Source of the DNA: Yuukianura sp. NJ FZ-2021
Taxonomy: Eukaryota
Direction of reading: 5' to 3'
Length of the DNA: 64,000 nucleotides
Assembly (NCBI GenBank): GCA_046563655.1
Contig: CM102285.1
Location: 6,386,001-6,450,000, forward strand
Position 1 is the first letter of the stretch; every line of letters starts with the position of its first letter. A model generated the notes under the pieces. That model made no database searches. It saw only the letters and a program-made list of their open reading frames with translations, and was not told the DNA's origin. The translations under genes were made by a program, and so were the position numbers. Below, in pieces: positions 45,901 through 59,500 of the stretch.

Positions 45901-48900
45901 GATCCAGAAATTAAACTTTTCAAATACTAATTTTTCAAGAACTTTTTGTTGCGTAGAATTCTCGGCAAATGTGCCTGAGTTCCATTTGTTACTCACTTCA
46001 AAGTTCATTGCCAAAGAAAGACGACATGATCACTCAGTTTTTCATTGTTCATAGGTTTGGGCAAAGGTTTGAAAAGCAACACGACAGCACCAGTGGACCC
46101 GGACTGCTTCAAGACAGACAAAAAGATTCCAACGGGTTCGTCAGTATTGCCAATACCACCTCAAGCAACACGCCTACACGATGACTTTGTGGAACCAAAG
46201 CTACCTCCCAGGGTTAGTTCAGAAACGACTGAAACGAGTATAAAGTCGGACAGAGCAAACACGAGCCATCAGCAAACCACGAAATCTTTCCCGTACTTGC
46301 CATCAGCGTCTTCTAGTTTTCAAAGAAGGCCTTCCACTTCAAACATCACATATAAAGATAAATTCGTACCCGTTTCTGGTTTACTGAATCGACAGGCCTC
46401 CAAGACGATTAAAAATAGGGGCTCACCAGCAGCGCAGGCAATACTCTCATCAGTGCAAAAGCCGAGCTTGCAACAGGAACACAGTAGTGGAGACAGAATA
46501 AGACCTGAAGCAACACAGAAAGATTATAATGCTATTACGAAAAATATCTCGAAGAAACACGCCAACAGTCGACATTGTATCAAGTTTATACCATCACCAC
46601 TGGAGCGGTATAAAAAACGAAAACGCGGATGCTTTTCAAACAATGGCATTCCAACCCCACAAGCAGCCCAAGTTGTAGACAACAGTATTAGTCCAGCATC
46701 ACTTACCAAAGAACGCTCGGAGAGGTTGTACCAGATTGCTACTGTGAACAAAAGGCCCATGGCAGAAGTGAGTCAACAACCGAAACCTCCGCCACCGAAG
46801 ATATCTAAGACAACCAAACCATCACGAATGGATCTTCTGATAGACGCTATTGCTCCCACCGGATCGGATCCAGTTGCCTCAAGTCATACACAATCTGACA
46901 AGTGGAAAGTTGCAAAAATTGCGCCGCTCAGTAATAACAGCAATAGCAAAAACCTTCAATCCTCTACTGCTGTAGTGGGCTGTGTGAAAGATAATTCTTC
47001 TGAAATCGTGGGGCCTCGGCCATCGGTTTCCGGGTCCCCAACTGCTCTTAGTGCAAACGCAGTGCAATATATGCCGATCGCCATCACAGAGAAGCCGATT
47101 GTACACGCAACTGCAGCTAACACTGTGGATGGATGTAGTACGAGTCACGGCCTCCATCGTGTGTCTGGATTTCCATCCCGTAGTGCGACTTTGGACTTTG
47201 CGTTCAGTGAAAATTCGAAAGCCGTGTTGTCATATGATGCAAACAAACCTACACTAACTGGCCCACCAAATGTGCAAAGGGTTTGCGACATCACTTCCAG
47301 CGAGAGGTATTATTGTTACACTCTTTCATTTTGGAAAAGTCTCGTGTAATTTCTTTTGCACTCAAAATAAGTAAACTACGTAAGAACTATCGTCTCGCTG
47401 TTTTTAATACTCGTTTTGTTATACCTAGACTACCGGAGGATCAAGTCTACCGGGATACTCTGATGTGGAATCCACAATGGCTTCAGGTAATAACATACCT
47501 AGTTTAAATAGGAACTATTATTACCCTATTAAAAAATATTTCGCATTTTAATACGGAAACATGCATTAGATGACATCAACTTTTGGCAATGTATTAGAAC
47601 TTTATTTGACAAAATACGAAGGGAGAGTGTACCTTAGTTCCAGCACTTCCCTCGGAAATGGTTCGTAACTATTCAATTCAACTCAATGTAATTGGAATCT
47701 TCTATTATGTTCAGGAACAGAGTGCCAACAAGAAGCCGCCGCCAGTTGTACATGGAAGGCCGATGCTTACGAACCTTCCATTTTATAAGGACTACGAATC
47801 CTACAAAAATACGTTCTATCCACTGATGCTTCTGGAACTCTGGGCTGCTATTTTCCAAGATTCAACAACTGATCTTGAACGGCAGAAATTTCGACAAGGC
47901 ATGGAGAGGTTAGACCGTAAAAATGAAAGTATTCCAACAAGGATAATGATTTCGATCCGTAGCATTACAGTGGTTTTTACTGCAACAATGTTGTGGAACC
48001 CTTTGATGATACGATGAAGGGCCGACTCTGGGCCGCAATAATCTCTCTTACCTTGTGCTCTATTTTGTGTGTTTCATGCTAGCCGTGAACTTCTCGTGGG
48101 AATCGAACGAATAGATCATAGTCACTTCTGCCCGCTACTACTGAATCCTAACCAGCCCTTGAACCAATTGCAATTACGGCAGAAAGAGCAAGAAGCTGCT
48201 GGGAAAAGCAATCCTCAATACCCGTTCTATCATTGTGTGAGACTCGTGGGTACGATTATAAAAATATTCTTCTAATTTTTACAACTAAATAATACACTAA
48301 TAACGGTGAGACCCCATTACATTTGAGCATACTTTTAAGTATAAAAATGACACTTGCTTACCATTAAGTTTTAACCTAATAGTAAGGAAGTGTCATTTTT
48401 ATATAGCGAATTATGTTGTGCATTTTAATTTTAGCGCTGGTGGACAGAATGGGAGCGATAAATAGGGACCTGGATTTTGGGACGGTGACTTTCGACTTCC
48501 ATCGGTCGTCTGGAGATGTTCAACCATTCACTTTTTTTGCATTTTTCCAAGATCCGCAATACGAGCAGATTAACTCAATGACAATCCTTCCTCCATGTTT
48601 GGACCGTTATCGCGGTGAGTGTATATAAGTCCAATTCTATTAGGTAATTAATTACTGATGGAATCATTTTGTAATTCTCGTGTTCAAATTTTCTCATCAG
48701 CTTATACTTTTTTTTACCTCTTTCAGGGTCAAAAAAGTTTAAAGTCATTATACCTACGGTGACCCACGTCAAATACGACTTAAACAAAATTCTTTGCGCC
48801 AATGTAGGCAAAATTCGTAAGATTGCGTATATTTCTTCAAAAATCCGAGACTTCCGAGCTCTATCGCAGTTACCAGACTCGTCCTTATTCACACATATTC

Positions 48901-51900
48901 TATATCCACCGAAATGTACGGAAGAACAAGTATTGAAAATTGACGCTGTTCCACGCTCTGAACTGGTATCATCAATTTATGTGAGCCCAACAATTGATTT
49001 CATTATATTAAGTAAAGTGTTGTGATTTTTGTTAATTTTGCTTTTGTTTCCGATACTAAGGATACATTGAATCCTGTTCAACGCTCCGTCGTGCACCACA
49101 TTTCTCGCCGTATTTTGAAAGTTCAGGGAGCTGATTTAATGCTGTTGCATGGACCGGCTGGCACTGGGAAGACCAGAACTATTGTTGCGCTCTTGTTACA
49201 GCTTACATTGGACTATCGGCAGAATAATCCTGCAAAACAGGTTAAGATTTTGGTCTGCACCCCATCAAATACTGCCGTCGATGAAATCATCCGAAGGCTG
49301 ACGAAACAGGCCCAAGGTAAGTTGCACTGAAAGAATAATGGAACACTTCGCGCTTATTAGTTAGAAGAACTGAAAACTCTAAGACCACGCATCATAGTAC
49401 CAACATGGAAACAAGAAACTTGTGTGCTATTGTATTTGTATCCTTCTTTAGGCTTGAAAATTGTGAGAATTGGTGGTGGATCCTCCGTCGCTCAAGACAC
49501 TAGGAAGTTCACTTTAGATGAAGCAGCTAAGCCGTACCTGTCAAGTACAGGGCAGATCGAAAGCATAAGCGAATCGGTAAATCCTGGCCAATATTTGTAT
49601 ATAATAGAAGAAATGAGTTCGCAATTTCATAATTGGTATTAGTGCCTTGAGTTGTGTTGTGTCTAATAACCCTTATTACCTTAAGTAAACTAAGTTCTAT
49701 TATTTAGTCGCCAAGAAGTTTCACCATTTTTAAGAAAATTGAAAGGAGCGCTAACATCTTTTATAGATAGAAGACAGCTAGGACTCAGTCGTGCTTGATT
49801 TCTAATTTACTATAAGTAAGAATTACTATCTGTTTAACAATTCTCCTTCAATTATAGATTGCTGCAGTTGAGCGAAAAATTGAAAAAGCGGCGCGAGAGC
49901 TATCGCAACTGAAAACAGACAGCAACAAAACCAGTACTGTGGTGTCTGCGCTTGAAGCAAGTATTGCGGAATGGCAGCGTGACCGAAACATGTACATCTC
50001 TGATCTCAATACGATGGTAAGCCATGCGTCAAAGTCCTTAGTCGTATACACCAATAGTAAGACCTCTCGTTAATGGTCAGAAGCCCATGATGTGCACATA
50101 TCACATAAGCATATACCATATCCTAAACTTGAATTGTAAGATCTAAAGAAATTATTACAACGAACTTATAGCTAATTGAATTTCCATTATGTGTTTGTTT
50201 GCGTATCTTAAATCGAAACGTCGTTTCGGGAATGAGTGTGAGTTATTAGCGCTTGCTTACCAAGTCCACCATTCGGTCGTAACGTGACGGTGAATTCTCA
50301 ATTGGGTCGCAAAACCGTTGTAGCTTTTCATCATTCCGTTTTCTGCAACAGAACTGAAAATGTCCCATTTGCCTGTATCTGTTGTGCTCATGCGCAAACG
50401 AGTCTTGTTTTACACCAGGCTTATGTCACTTATTGTTAGTTCGCTGCTACTTCTCACTCTCAACGCTGTCGTTAAATATTTTCTTTGGACTTATTTTCAT
50501 TTCAGAAGGCTGACAAGAAAGGAATGGAGCAAGCCAAACGTAGTGTGATTACCAATGCCCAAATTGTGTTTAGTACCTTGAATTCCTGCAGTTCGGGTCA
50601 ACTCAGGCGACAATTCAAGAAGTCAATCGAAGGCCGCCGCCAAGATGCCAAAACAGGTCTCCTCTTCACTTGTTGTATTGTAGACGAATCGACGCAAACA
50701 ACAGAGCCAGAATCATTGGCTCCACTTATGCTCGGATGTGAAAAACTGATTCTTGTCGGAGATCCAAAGCAATTACCGGCTACTGTGCTATCTGCTGAGG
50801 CTGAAAGCAAGAAATTCCGCCAATCGCTCTTTACAAGAATCTTTAATCACTACGAAGAGAATGAACCTGGAGGGTCAAATCCTGTCATGATGCTGACAAT
50901 TCAGTATCGAATGCATCGAGAAATTCTGAAGTGGCCGAACGAATGGTTTTATGGGAAGAGGTTGCAGACACACCCGTCAGTGGATAGACGCCCACCTCTG
51001 GAAATTCGACCGTACCTGTTTCTCAATATCGCTGGAAAAGAAACAAACGTTCAAAATGGGTAACAACTCCAATGTTTAACTCTTTAACATGTGTATTTGG
51101 AATGATTATTTTGACGCCTTTTCTTTTCAGCCAAATCAGTAATGACGAAGAAATTAAATTCTTGAAGGAAATTTTGAAAATACTGCAAAGCTATTCTCAA
51201 ATATATCCCTCCCATCGGAATTTGACGATAGGTGTGATAACCCCATACAATGAACAGCGAAGGAAAGTTTGTGAAGTTCTGAACGAGATCAAGCGGTAAG
51301 GTACACGTAAAATTGACATTATCATACTACGTAACTAAAATGCTTACGAGGATTGAGTTATTGAGAATTTCTTTACAAGAATGGCGGTGATGGTTAAACT
51401 CTGATTGATAGAAAAGCTGAGTAGATTCCGTATCATGTCAGCCGGACAATTTGTTTAAAATTGTTTCAAAGTTTTGTTTAGTTTGGCAATGTATCCGTTT
51501 TTTGCTTTAAAACAAAGTATCATCCCTCGAATGAAAGAAGCATCTTTTCATTTTACATTCTTTTTGTAGAGACAACAACGCTATCGGATTTCACGTCGAA
51601 GTGGACACCGTAGATAGCTTCCAAGGACGTGAGAAGGATATCATCCTCTTTTCCTGTGTTAGAACTAGCGATTTAGGGTTTGTAAAAACTCCAGAGCGGC
51701 TTAACGTGGCTTTGACGCGAGCGAAGCAGTCTCTGATCATCGTCGGGAATGCCCATTGTCTACACGTAGTAAGATGAACAATAATTCAACATTATATCGC
51801 TCCTGTTAATTAAGTTATAGTATTTCATGGAAAAATCTCAATCTTAAGCGGACGTAATTTGAATACTATTTAATCTCATTTTAGAATACGATGTGGGGGA

Positions 51901-52070
51901 GTTTGATGGACGATGCCCAACAACGCGGACACTACCACACAATTCCCTCAGACTATGCGCGTCGTCCGAATCTTAATTTGTCTTCGTATGTGGAGAATGT
52001 GCTTACGCGAAAAAGTCCGTCCAAATCGTTTGTTGAGACTGAATATGAAGGATCGAAATTTAAAAGATGA
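42944..52070 (+). CDS. Setx: Senataxin/Sen1-like SF1B RNA/DNA helicase with an N-terminal FHA domain (multi-exon)
   Basis: FHA exons at 43315-43440 (EIGR...FISKKHCKI...WRLLDMG) and from 43856 (SMNGTFLNG...GDLVGLG). Long low-complexity middle. Helicase motifs [65 protein letters not shown] and [10 protein letters not shown]. Last exon ends TGA at 52070. The start codon and some middle exons are tentative. Confidence 0.88.
43583..43742. mobile_element. Small palindromic MITE in a Setx intron, with GTTAGGTTAGGTT motifs
   Basis: CTGAATTGCTGTTTCATTTTGGAGTTCAATGTGGTG is an imperfect inverted match to CACCACATCGAACTCCAGAATGAAACCGCAATTCAG. Confidence 0.65.
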
Positions 52071-55000
52071 ATCCTTATTTTAGCGTTTTCGATTTTGCAA
52101 TACATATTCACATCAGGAGTGATACCGCTTGCTTGTGTAAATAAGAAATAGTTATTGTTATCTCCGCGCCCATGAAGTTGGTATATTTTTTGAATTTTGT
52201 AACAAACATTATTTAAGGAGTTATACTGTAAACTGCTCCTTTAAAATATCTTCCTTTGGCCTCCTGCAAAAATGCAACTCCGTTTTTGTCGGCAAATAAA
52301 ACACTCGCCTTCGAAAAAACCATCCGATGCCCTAATTGGTATCCATTTTTCTATTATTGTCAGTATTAATTTACCGAAAGTGACTGTCCGAATTAGCACT
52401 TTTATTTTAAAAGGCGGTTTGAGAGAGAACATAGGTGAGCTGCTGGAGTTCAACTAGACCAATTTAATATTCTCTTATAATTCGTTGCCTCGGCAACTAC
52501 TCCCTTCCACTGCGTTCTGTCGTTGAATCGTCTAGGCAATAGGCCGGGTAGTACGTAACTTCTCCAGCAGAGTTTACGGTCTTTAAGGCTTCATTAGGCG
52601 ATGTATTACTCTGACTCCCAATTGAAGTATACCTAAGCAAAAAAATCAAAATAGTGCATTAATTCAATGTTAAACGGTAAACTACTTTGGACAATATTTA
52701 ATGAGAACGGTAGCAGTTTAAATATATACTCTGCGTATAAGACGTGAGAAATTAGTTGTAAAGTAATAGAAAAGCACCAATAGAAGGAATAGCGAAAGCG
52801 AATGCTTATTTTCCGATACGTCGATTTTTCGATTTTTGTGGGTGGAACTAGTAAACTTCAAGACTACACATTTAATGTCAGCATCTCAATTTAAATGCTT
52901 TTTAATAGATTAATTACTAAGCCCAATGAATTTGATTACAGTTTTCCCTGTTGCACCTTCTGATTAATTTTTATTGTTTTGTTTAATATTATCATTACCA
53001 ATGTTGATTCAATTTTTAAGAAAGTTTGAACTAACATAACTATTACTAGGTTTGTGTCAAAAAAAAGTAAAACTTTCGAAACGGTACCAGCAACTTAATC
53101 CTCATCGGAGTAAATGTCGCAGAATTACGCAGAAATTGTTAAACTCTACAAAATGATTCGACCTTGTTACTTGCTATATAAATTATTATTAACGCGTTAT
53201 TAAATGTTCCAACTTATTTGAACAATCTGGAAGGATACAAAAGCTTTCCTCCCTTCCTAAAAAGCTTCCTCGCAGCTTTTGATAATTTTGATCAATCCAG
53301 TACTGCCGTCACGTCTTTAGGCCAAGTTATTATTATAGTAAGCTTCGCTGCGTATTGTTTACAACACGTCTGCGCACACTTTAGAAAGCGCATGGCCTGA
53401 GTGCAGGCTTGTGCAATTTGCCACTGAACTGACTGAGACGGTTCCTAATGAGTCTCCTTTGTTCGCATAAATGGAAAGGATGAACAGAGAGTGATGTCTT
53501 GAAAGACTAAATTATTCATATTCTTTGACTTTCTTTGATTTTTTAAATGAAAAAAAAAAAGGAAAATTACGGAACCGTCCGCCCTGCATTAGACTATGTT
53601 TCCGGAAATCATCAAGCAGCGAAATCACAAACTGAGCGCGGAATAACGAATTTTGAAATTTAAGCAGTCAGCCTAACGTATGTTTTGTGCTCTCTCTCGT
53701 ATACAATAGTACTCATTATAAAAATAAATGCTGCAAAATAGTCTCAAAGTGAAAAAAAAAGCAACTAAACGAACCACTAGTATGAGATTAAAATGGAGAG
53801 TTGAACGTGTACCGGTGAACACGTAAGAACTTCTGGAGCTATTTTCCCGCACATAGAAAGCAAAGAGAACGTGTACGCAAATGTCGATCTTTTGTAATTC
53901 AAATTCTATACAGCAGTAAGCTTCCCAAATAGATCGTGGTGTTTGATCATAAATTTTGATTCATACTCAACCTTGACACCTATTTCTTTTTAGCCTTTTC
54001 ACCGCGGTAATAGTGTAAATAGGGTGTGCGTCTCCTCGTCACATCATCGATTTCAATTTCATTAATGGTCTAACCAATACCTTGCTGTTGCTTGCCTGGC
54101 ACGGTATACTACAGAGAAATATTTCTCTGTCGTATACTGTATGATATTCGAGCACAATAATGTCAATTCTTCCTAGCAAACTACCAAATTATTCCAAATT
54201 CAAAATATGTTTCACATTCAAAGTCCTAATACTGCCCTGACTGATTCTTCAAGTATTTCTTACGTAAAAGAAACTTTTAAATCCTCCTGTTTATTTTATG
54301 AAGTAATCAACCACAAACAATGCGTCAAATGTTTTAAGAATGGCGAAGCTGAGGGAATCCACTTTAGACAGAAGTACAGTCTTACGCCCGCCCCTCTTTA
54401 GGTTAGTTTAACCAAGCATATCCTTAACTTGGTCTTAGTTCGTACCTCAGCGATTTTAGGAAACAGTACACGAATTTTTACGCGTTAAACTCCCGGATTG
54501 AGATTCATAAACCAACCACCATCAAAAAAGGAGGCCTCAAGGGGTCTACGACGTGAGTCAACCACCGTCATAAAAGAACTACTCAAGAACTGAAATAATA
54601 CACTGGAGGCGAATTAATGTTGTGACGAGGAAATCAAACTCATTTCAGCACAAAGCATTTTTACTGGAACACAATGTGGTCGTGCCCGGAACAATTCGTA
54701 GACTACGAAAAGACTAATAACGAAATTGACTAGGAAATTGTAGAAAGAGTTGTGAAAAAATGCAAACACTGATGAGAGTGCGAATCTATAAACAGCACGA
54801 ATTTCACTCTATAATTTTTCCCTATAAATCAAAACCTTGAAGCATTCGCTTTAGCAATAAAGAAACACGAGCACAACTGTTTATGTGTTATATGATTCCT
54901 GTCCCTGATCTTCAATGAAGAGGTGACTTTTTAAATAGTGGTCAAAAGTACATCAAACCCCAAAGTCACTCAAGCAATTTAGTTATAACTCGGTAAACTC

Positions 55001-55256
55001 TCGGCGTGTTCATAAGTCACAACTACTTTGTGACTGATGAACAAATATTTTCTAAAATATGCATCACGTCTTTGCAAATTACACTCATTTCAAATATTTT
55101 TAATATTTAGTATTTAATATTTTGTAATCCAAGCTTAAATTAGTGGATGTCAAGAACTTTTAATTCCGAACAAAATTATAAGGCGAGTTCACCGAATAAA
55201 GGCAATATTTAAAATAAAAAATAAAAGAAATCTAAAGGCATATAACAAACGTTCTA

Positions 55257-55373
55257 CAGGGTGGGCCCCAGAACAGTTTACCAAAGTGAAAGAAAGAGAA
55301 ACTCTCACATGAGTTTCTTATGAGAAGAGTGAGAGGAAAAGAATCAGGGTAAACTCTTCTGGGGCCCACCCTG
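55257..55373. mobile_element. 117-bp Tc1/mariner-type mini-MITE
   Basis: 26-bp TIRs CAGGGTGGGCCCCAGAA.AGTTTACC (1 mismatch) and a TA TSD. Confidence 0.88.
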
Positions 55374-55450
55374 TACAAAAACTCTCTACATCTATTGATT
55401 CCAATCCAACATTGAGAGACCGTACCTGAATTGGCTCAATTTTTGCCTCA

Positions 55451-56521
55451 TTACAGGAACTGAATGGAGTGCTCATACGAACTGGTGCGTCTACCACCAC
55501 CGTCTTCAGATGCCATAGAGACGCTCGGTGTTCCGCCGCCAAAGGATGTACCAGGAGTTCTGCCTACAAGTATCCCTTTGCTTTCACTTTTCTTTGCAAA
55601 TAGCTTCCCTTTTCTTCTTTTCTTGCTGGAATTCCCACGTCGTGGCAAAAATTTCTTGCGAAACTTTTTCTTAATCCCGGGTGGAGCTCCATTGTTCAAA
55701 GTCCCATTTTTATCGATACTTTTTCGGCCTGTTGGCGCCAATTTCGGACTGCCCGACAACATCTCTTCGTCAACGCCTTCTTCATCTTCACCCCCTCTAC
55801 CCTCCACGTCTCTCTTCTTCCTCCCTCCAATAAGGCCCACTTGATAGAACAAGTACGTAAAAACGCCAAAGGCTATCACAAGAGGAATAAGGCAGTACAA
55901 TATGTTTCTCACTGCAGCCATTTTATCAACCGTCGTCACGACAATCGTGTTATTTGAATTGCTTATGTAGCAAGGGAAGGTCACTGAGGTCAAGTTTCGG
56001 TGAGCATCATAAAAATCCGCACACCCTTCTGCCGATGGGTAAATGCATCCCTGTGGATTTGGAAACAGAGTTCCAACGCCGTAGGATTCGGAGTCATACC
56101 CCTCCAGCAGCATTACTTCAAAAATGCTTTCGTAAATCGCCGACATGTTCCGATCTCGTCCTAGAGTATATGTGTAGTTTTGAGGTGGCAATGACCAGTC
56201 CAAGTGACTGGTATTTAAACTGTTGCGTAGCACAGAATTACGAACATAAACAACGATGAGGTGAACGCATGTGAAAATCTCAGCTGTACAACCCTCGCGG
56301 CAGGATGTCCAAGAACAGTTGGAAATTCCACGGAGACTTTGACTAAAAATGGTTTGGCAACGCCCCTCTTCAAACGAACTGAACAACGTATCTATAGCTG
56401 GGTCTAGCATTACTGGGCACACGACGACTACCCCCAGCAAACTCATTGCTGCCAGTGCACTACACAACTGAACTTCACAATTGGCCAGGAACCACAGACA
56501 GAGTTTACGACCTCCTCCCAT
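55451..56521 (-). CDS. TipE/TEH-family voltage-gated sodium channel auxiliary subunit (356 aa, single coding exon)
   Basis: Two TM segments flank a Cys-rich loop with LDPAIDTL, NCSWTSCREGCT, LFPNPQGC.YP...C..FY and FPCY. The paralogue (tipE vs TEH1-4) could not be resolved by eye. Confidence 0.88.
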   Translation of the reverse strand: MGGGRKLCLWFLANCEVQLCSALAAMSLLGVVVVCPVMLDPAIDTLFSSFEEGRCQTIFSQSLRGISNCSWTSCREGCTAEIFTCVHLIVVYVRNSVLRNSLNTSHLDWSLPPQNYTYTLGRDRNMSAIYESIFEVMLLEGYDSESYGVGTLFPNPQGCIYPSAEGCADFYDAHRNLTSVTFPCYISNSNNTIVVTTVDKMAAVRNILYCLIPLVIAFGVFTYLFYQVGLIGGRKKRDVEGRGGEDEEGVDEEMLSGSPKLAPTGRKSIDKNGTLNNGAPPGIKKKFRKKFLPRRGNSSKKRRKGKLFAKKSESKGILVGRTPGTSFGGGTPSVSMASEDGGGRRTSSYEHSIQFL

Positions 56522-59500
56522 TGAATTCTTAATGGCGGCTTGTTTTTCGTTGGTATGATTGGAGTTCGGAGACTGATGGCTGTCTAACTTTTTAACGGCG
56601 ATGGAGGCAATCGATTTAGTTCAATACAAAGGAGTAGCGGCGAGTAATAACGGTATTAGTTTCGTGTTTAGAATGCCAAAATAGCAAGGTTAGTAGATGA
56701 TCGGTCCAAAGTTGGAGTTCATAGGTCATAGGCACATACACTACACAATGTTAGGCGATGACTGACGATCACCAAAAACCGGATTAGGAAAATATTTTGT
56801 AATACCGCAACAGGACAGTTCACCCCAGTATTCTCATAATCTCTAAAAACCAAATATAAATCTAAACTTCTCACTTAATACAATGATCATACTCAAAGTT
56901 GAAACTAAACAAAAGGGAGATTCAAATTTATATAAGGCGGAGAACAAATAGTGTCAAAATCACGACATGACAAATGTAGCTCATTAGGAGATAGTGAAAC
57001 CACCGTTACGATAAAAATAGTTAAAACGGCTACAATGGGACGTTTAATATAAAGTGTGTGCTATAGAACTAGAAAAAATATATTATACGACGTAGTATTC
57101 AACCACGTTTGGTGAAAGGTTTGACTTTCACTTTGGTCCGAAAGAACTTTTGTATACCTCCACTCACTCTGGCAGTAATTGTTGAACAAAAGGTCACTGG
57201 ACAAAAGTTGTTCATTTTTAACAAAAGGACAGCAGCGGCTAAATGAAAAATGAAACGACATTTTCCTATAGCCATCGAAAAAAAAAGACCTACATTACCT
57301 ACTTTGAGCTTTTTTTAACTCGTTCGGTCTTTAAAGTGTGCCAATCGATCTCACCTTCTGCTCGATTCAAACTTCGATTCCTTTATCACTTTAGTTTCAC
57401 TATCTCCCACCGCTTCGTTTCACCGCATTTACTTATTGGCGTCTCAACTTGAAACGAAAGTTCTAATCCACCTCCCTTTTGTTTCTTTTTTAGAAAATGA
57501 TATTGTCAAAATTATACCCTCGATTTTTGGATTATCCGCCTGCGATGGAAATGAAGCGGTGAAAATATTCTGCTTGTCTGAATAAAAGTGACGGTTCCGG
57601 ATAATAATTGAAAGGTTTCCATACTGCAAATCCTATATGGTTTGTATTCCAACGAGGTAGATTTCCAAAAATCAATTTCAATTTGAAAACTCAATTATTC
57701 AGCTTCACAGAAACGGCGCAAACAAGAATCTTGAGATTCCGTTGGATACGGAACTTAGGCTTCCATTTTTCCTTTGAGGATTTCAATCCGTTATGATTTA
57801 ATATGGAATAACTATATGTGCTTTCACTTTCTCCGAGTCAGAATTTGAAGTGGTTGGATAAATCACGCCTCCACTTTTAGAAGAAAAATTTCAGGCAGCG
57901 CAGATGAATCCGGTTGTAACAAGAGTCTTTTGTGGATGGAAAGAATGGTGTGAGGATCGGGAAGCCGCAGGCCCTCTCAAAGGAAGCGAAGGCAAGGTAC
58001 CTAAGCAATTACAGTTTGAACAGAGCGAGTGTGAACCTTTGAAGTCGCTTTCCTTTTACTTGTCGCATCTCTCAAGCCGCTGTCGACAAAGGCAAACGTT
58101 ATACGTCATTCAACCTAGTTTTGCACTAACACTGAAGAAAGTATTCTTCTTCTCCCTGGCGTGCTCCACAAAGTTTAGCACTCCCGCTTCCATGTGCATA
58201 GGACATTAAGAGCCTTGCTTTCACTTTGTCTCAGTCCTCCGTACCATGTCAAGATTTCAGGATTCATGGCTTTTGTGTATGTGCCTATGATCAAATTAAG
58301 TAACATTAAAATCTTCGCACTCCCTCTACTTCTATAATAATCCGAAAACCAAAGACGTTGAATTACAAAACACTCGGGGTTAGAAGTTACAGTAAAAAGG
58401 AATAGAAAATCTAAAACCACAAAGAACAGCATGAAAGCTTTTTGGTATAAACGAATCAACGCGCCTAATTTGGAAAAGATACGTCAAACTGAGAAGGCCA
58501 AAAACTACACGGGTTCTACTTTCTAGAAACATTCTATATGCAAGATTCCAAAATTTGACTACACACAAAGGAAAGGCTATGAAAAGAAAATCAAGCTAAT
58601 TCTAGGTTTCAAGTGGAACTTGAAAACAAGAGGACTACAAAGTTAAGTCTGGCCGAGAGCAGCTGTCAACATACTTAAATGATGCTTTGTGAAAACTCTA
58701 CTTTGTTCCCAATCTTTTCTACGTAGTGTAAGGCGCACAAGAAAACTATGCCAACCCCATTGTTCTGTCGGCGTAGAACTTGGCCAACGGATAACATGTT
58801 TGCTATGAAGTTGTTTAGTTTTTCACTTATCGTGATTATAATATATTTCTGGTTCAATTCGGCAGTGTAATAATTTTTCATAAAACTTTCTATTAGTCAA
58901 AACAAATTAATTGAGGGTGTTTGATGCATATTTTTGTGTTCAGCATTGTACCGGCGGAAAATTGTTAAATAACATCCATATCGACATTCGATACGAAGAA
59001 TATCTTGCAAATAAACACGAAGACTTTAGTGAATGAAACGATTAATTAGACTTCTGCTTGAATACTGCTTTTACCCTGCATTTGTTTACTCGTGATACTC
59101 GTAAACAGCAAAAACCGATTTTCACATTTTGTTTCGGTTAAAGCACATTTCAGGTAATATTCGGCAACAGACTAAGTTCCTTTTTCTAGGTTAAGGCCAA
59201 GGTCAACGCGAAGACCAACAAGGTTTGCTGCTGTGACAAAAAAAATCTCCCTTTTGAAAACCCTATACTAGCCATTTTAGATTTTAATTTTACTAGAACA
59301 CAGAACCAAGCGAAGCAAGAGGTAAAAAAGATTATTAGTAAAACGTAAAACAAGATTACATATGAAATTAAAAACAATTGCGCCATAGTCATTGCATGCA
59401 AGAACGAAGCCGTAACAATCAACGATTCTAATCGATACTTTTAAGAAATCAATATTGAGAACGAATTACTGGCACTTCATCTAAATGCACCAGCTTTCGA

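Noticed and set aside
48340..48403. 64-bp intronic hairpin as a possible miRNA precursor
   Set aside because: An AT-rich palindrome more like a tiny MITE remnant. There is no expression evidence.
52498..52632. Minus-strand exon-like segment after a TTAG acceptor (YTSIGSQSNT...)
   Set aside because: The nearest clear donor (~55425) lies after the TipE stop codon, so it is probably 3' UTR. No recognisable protein.
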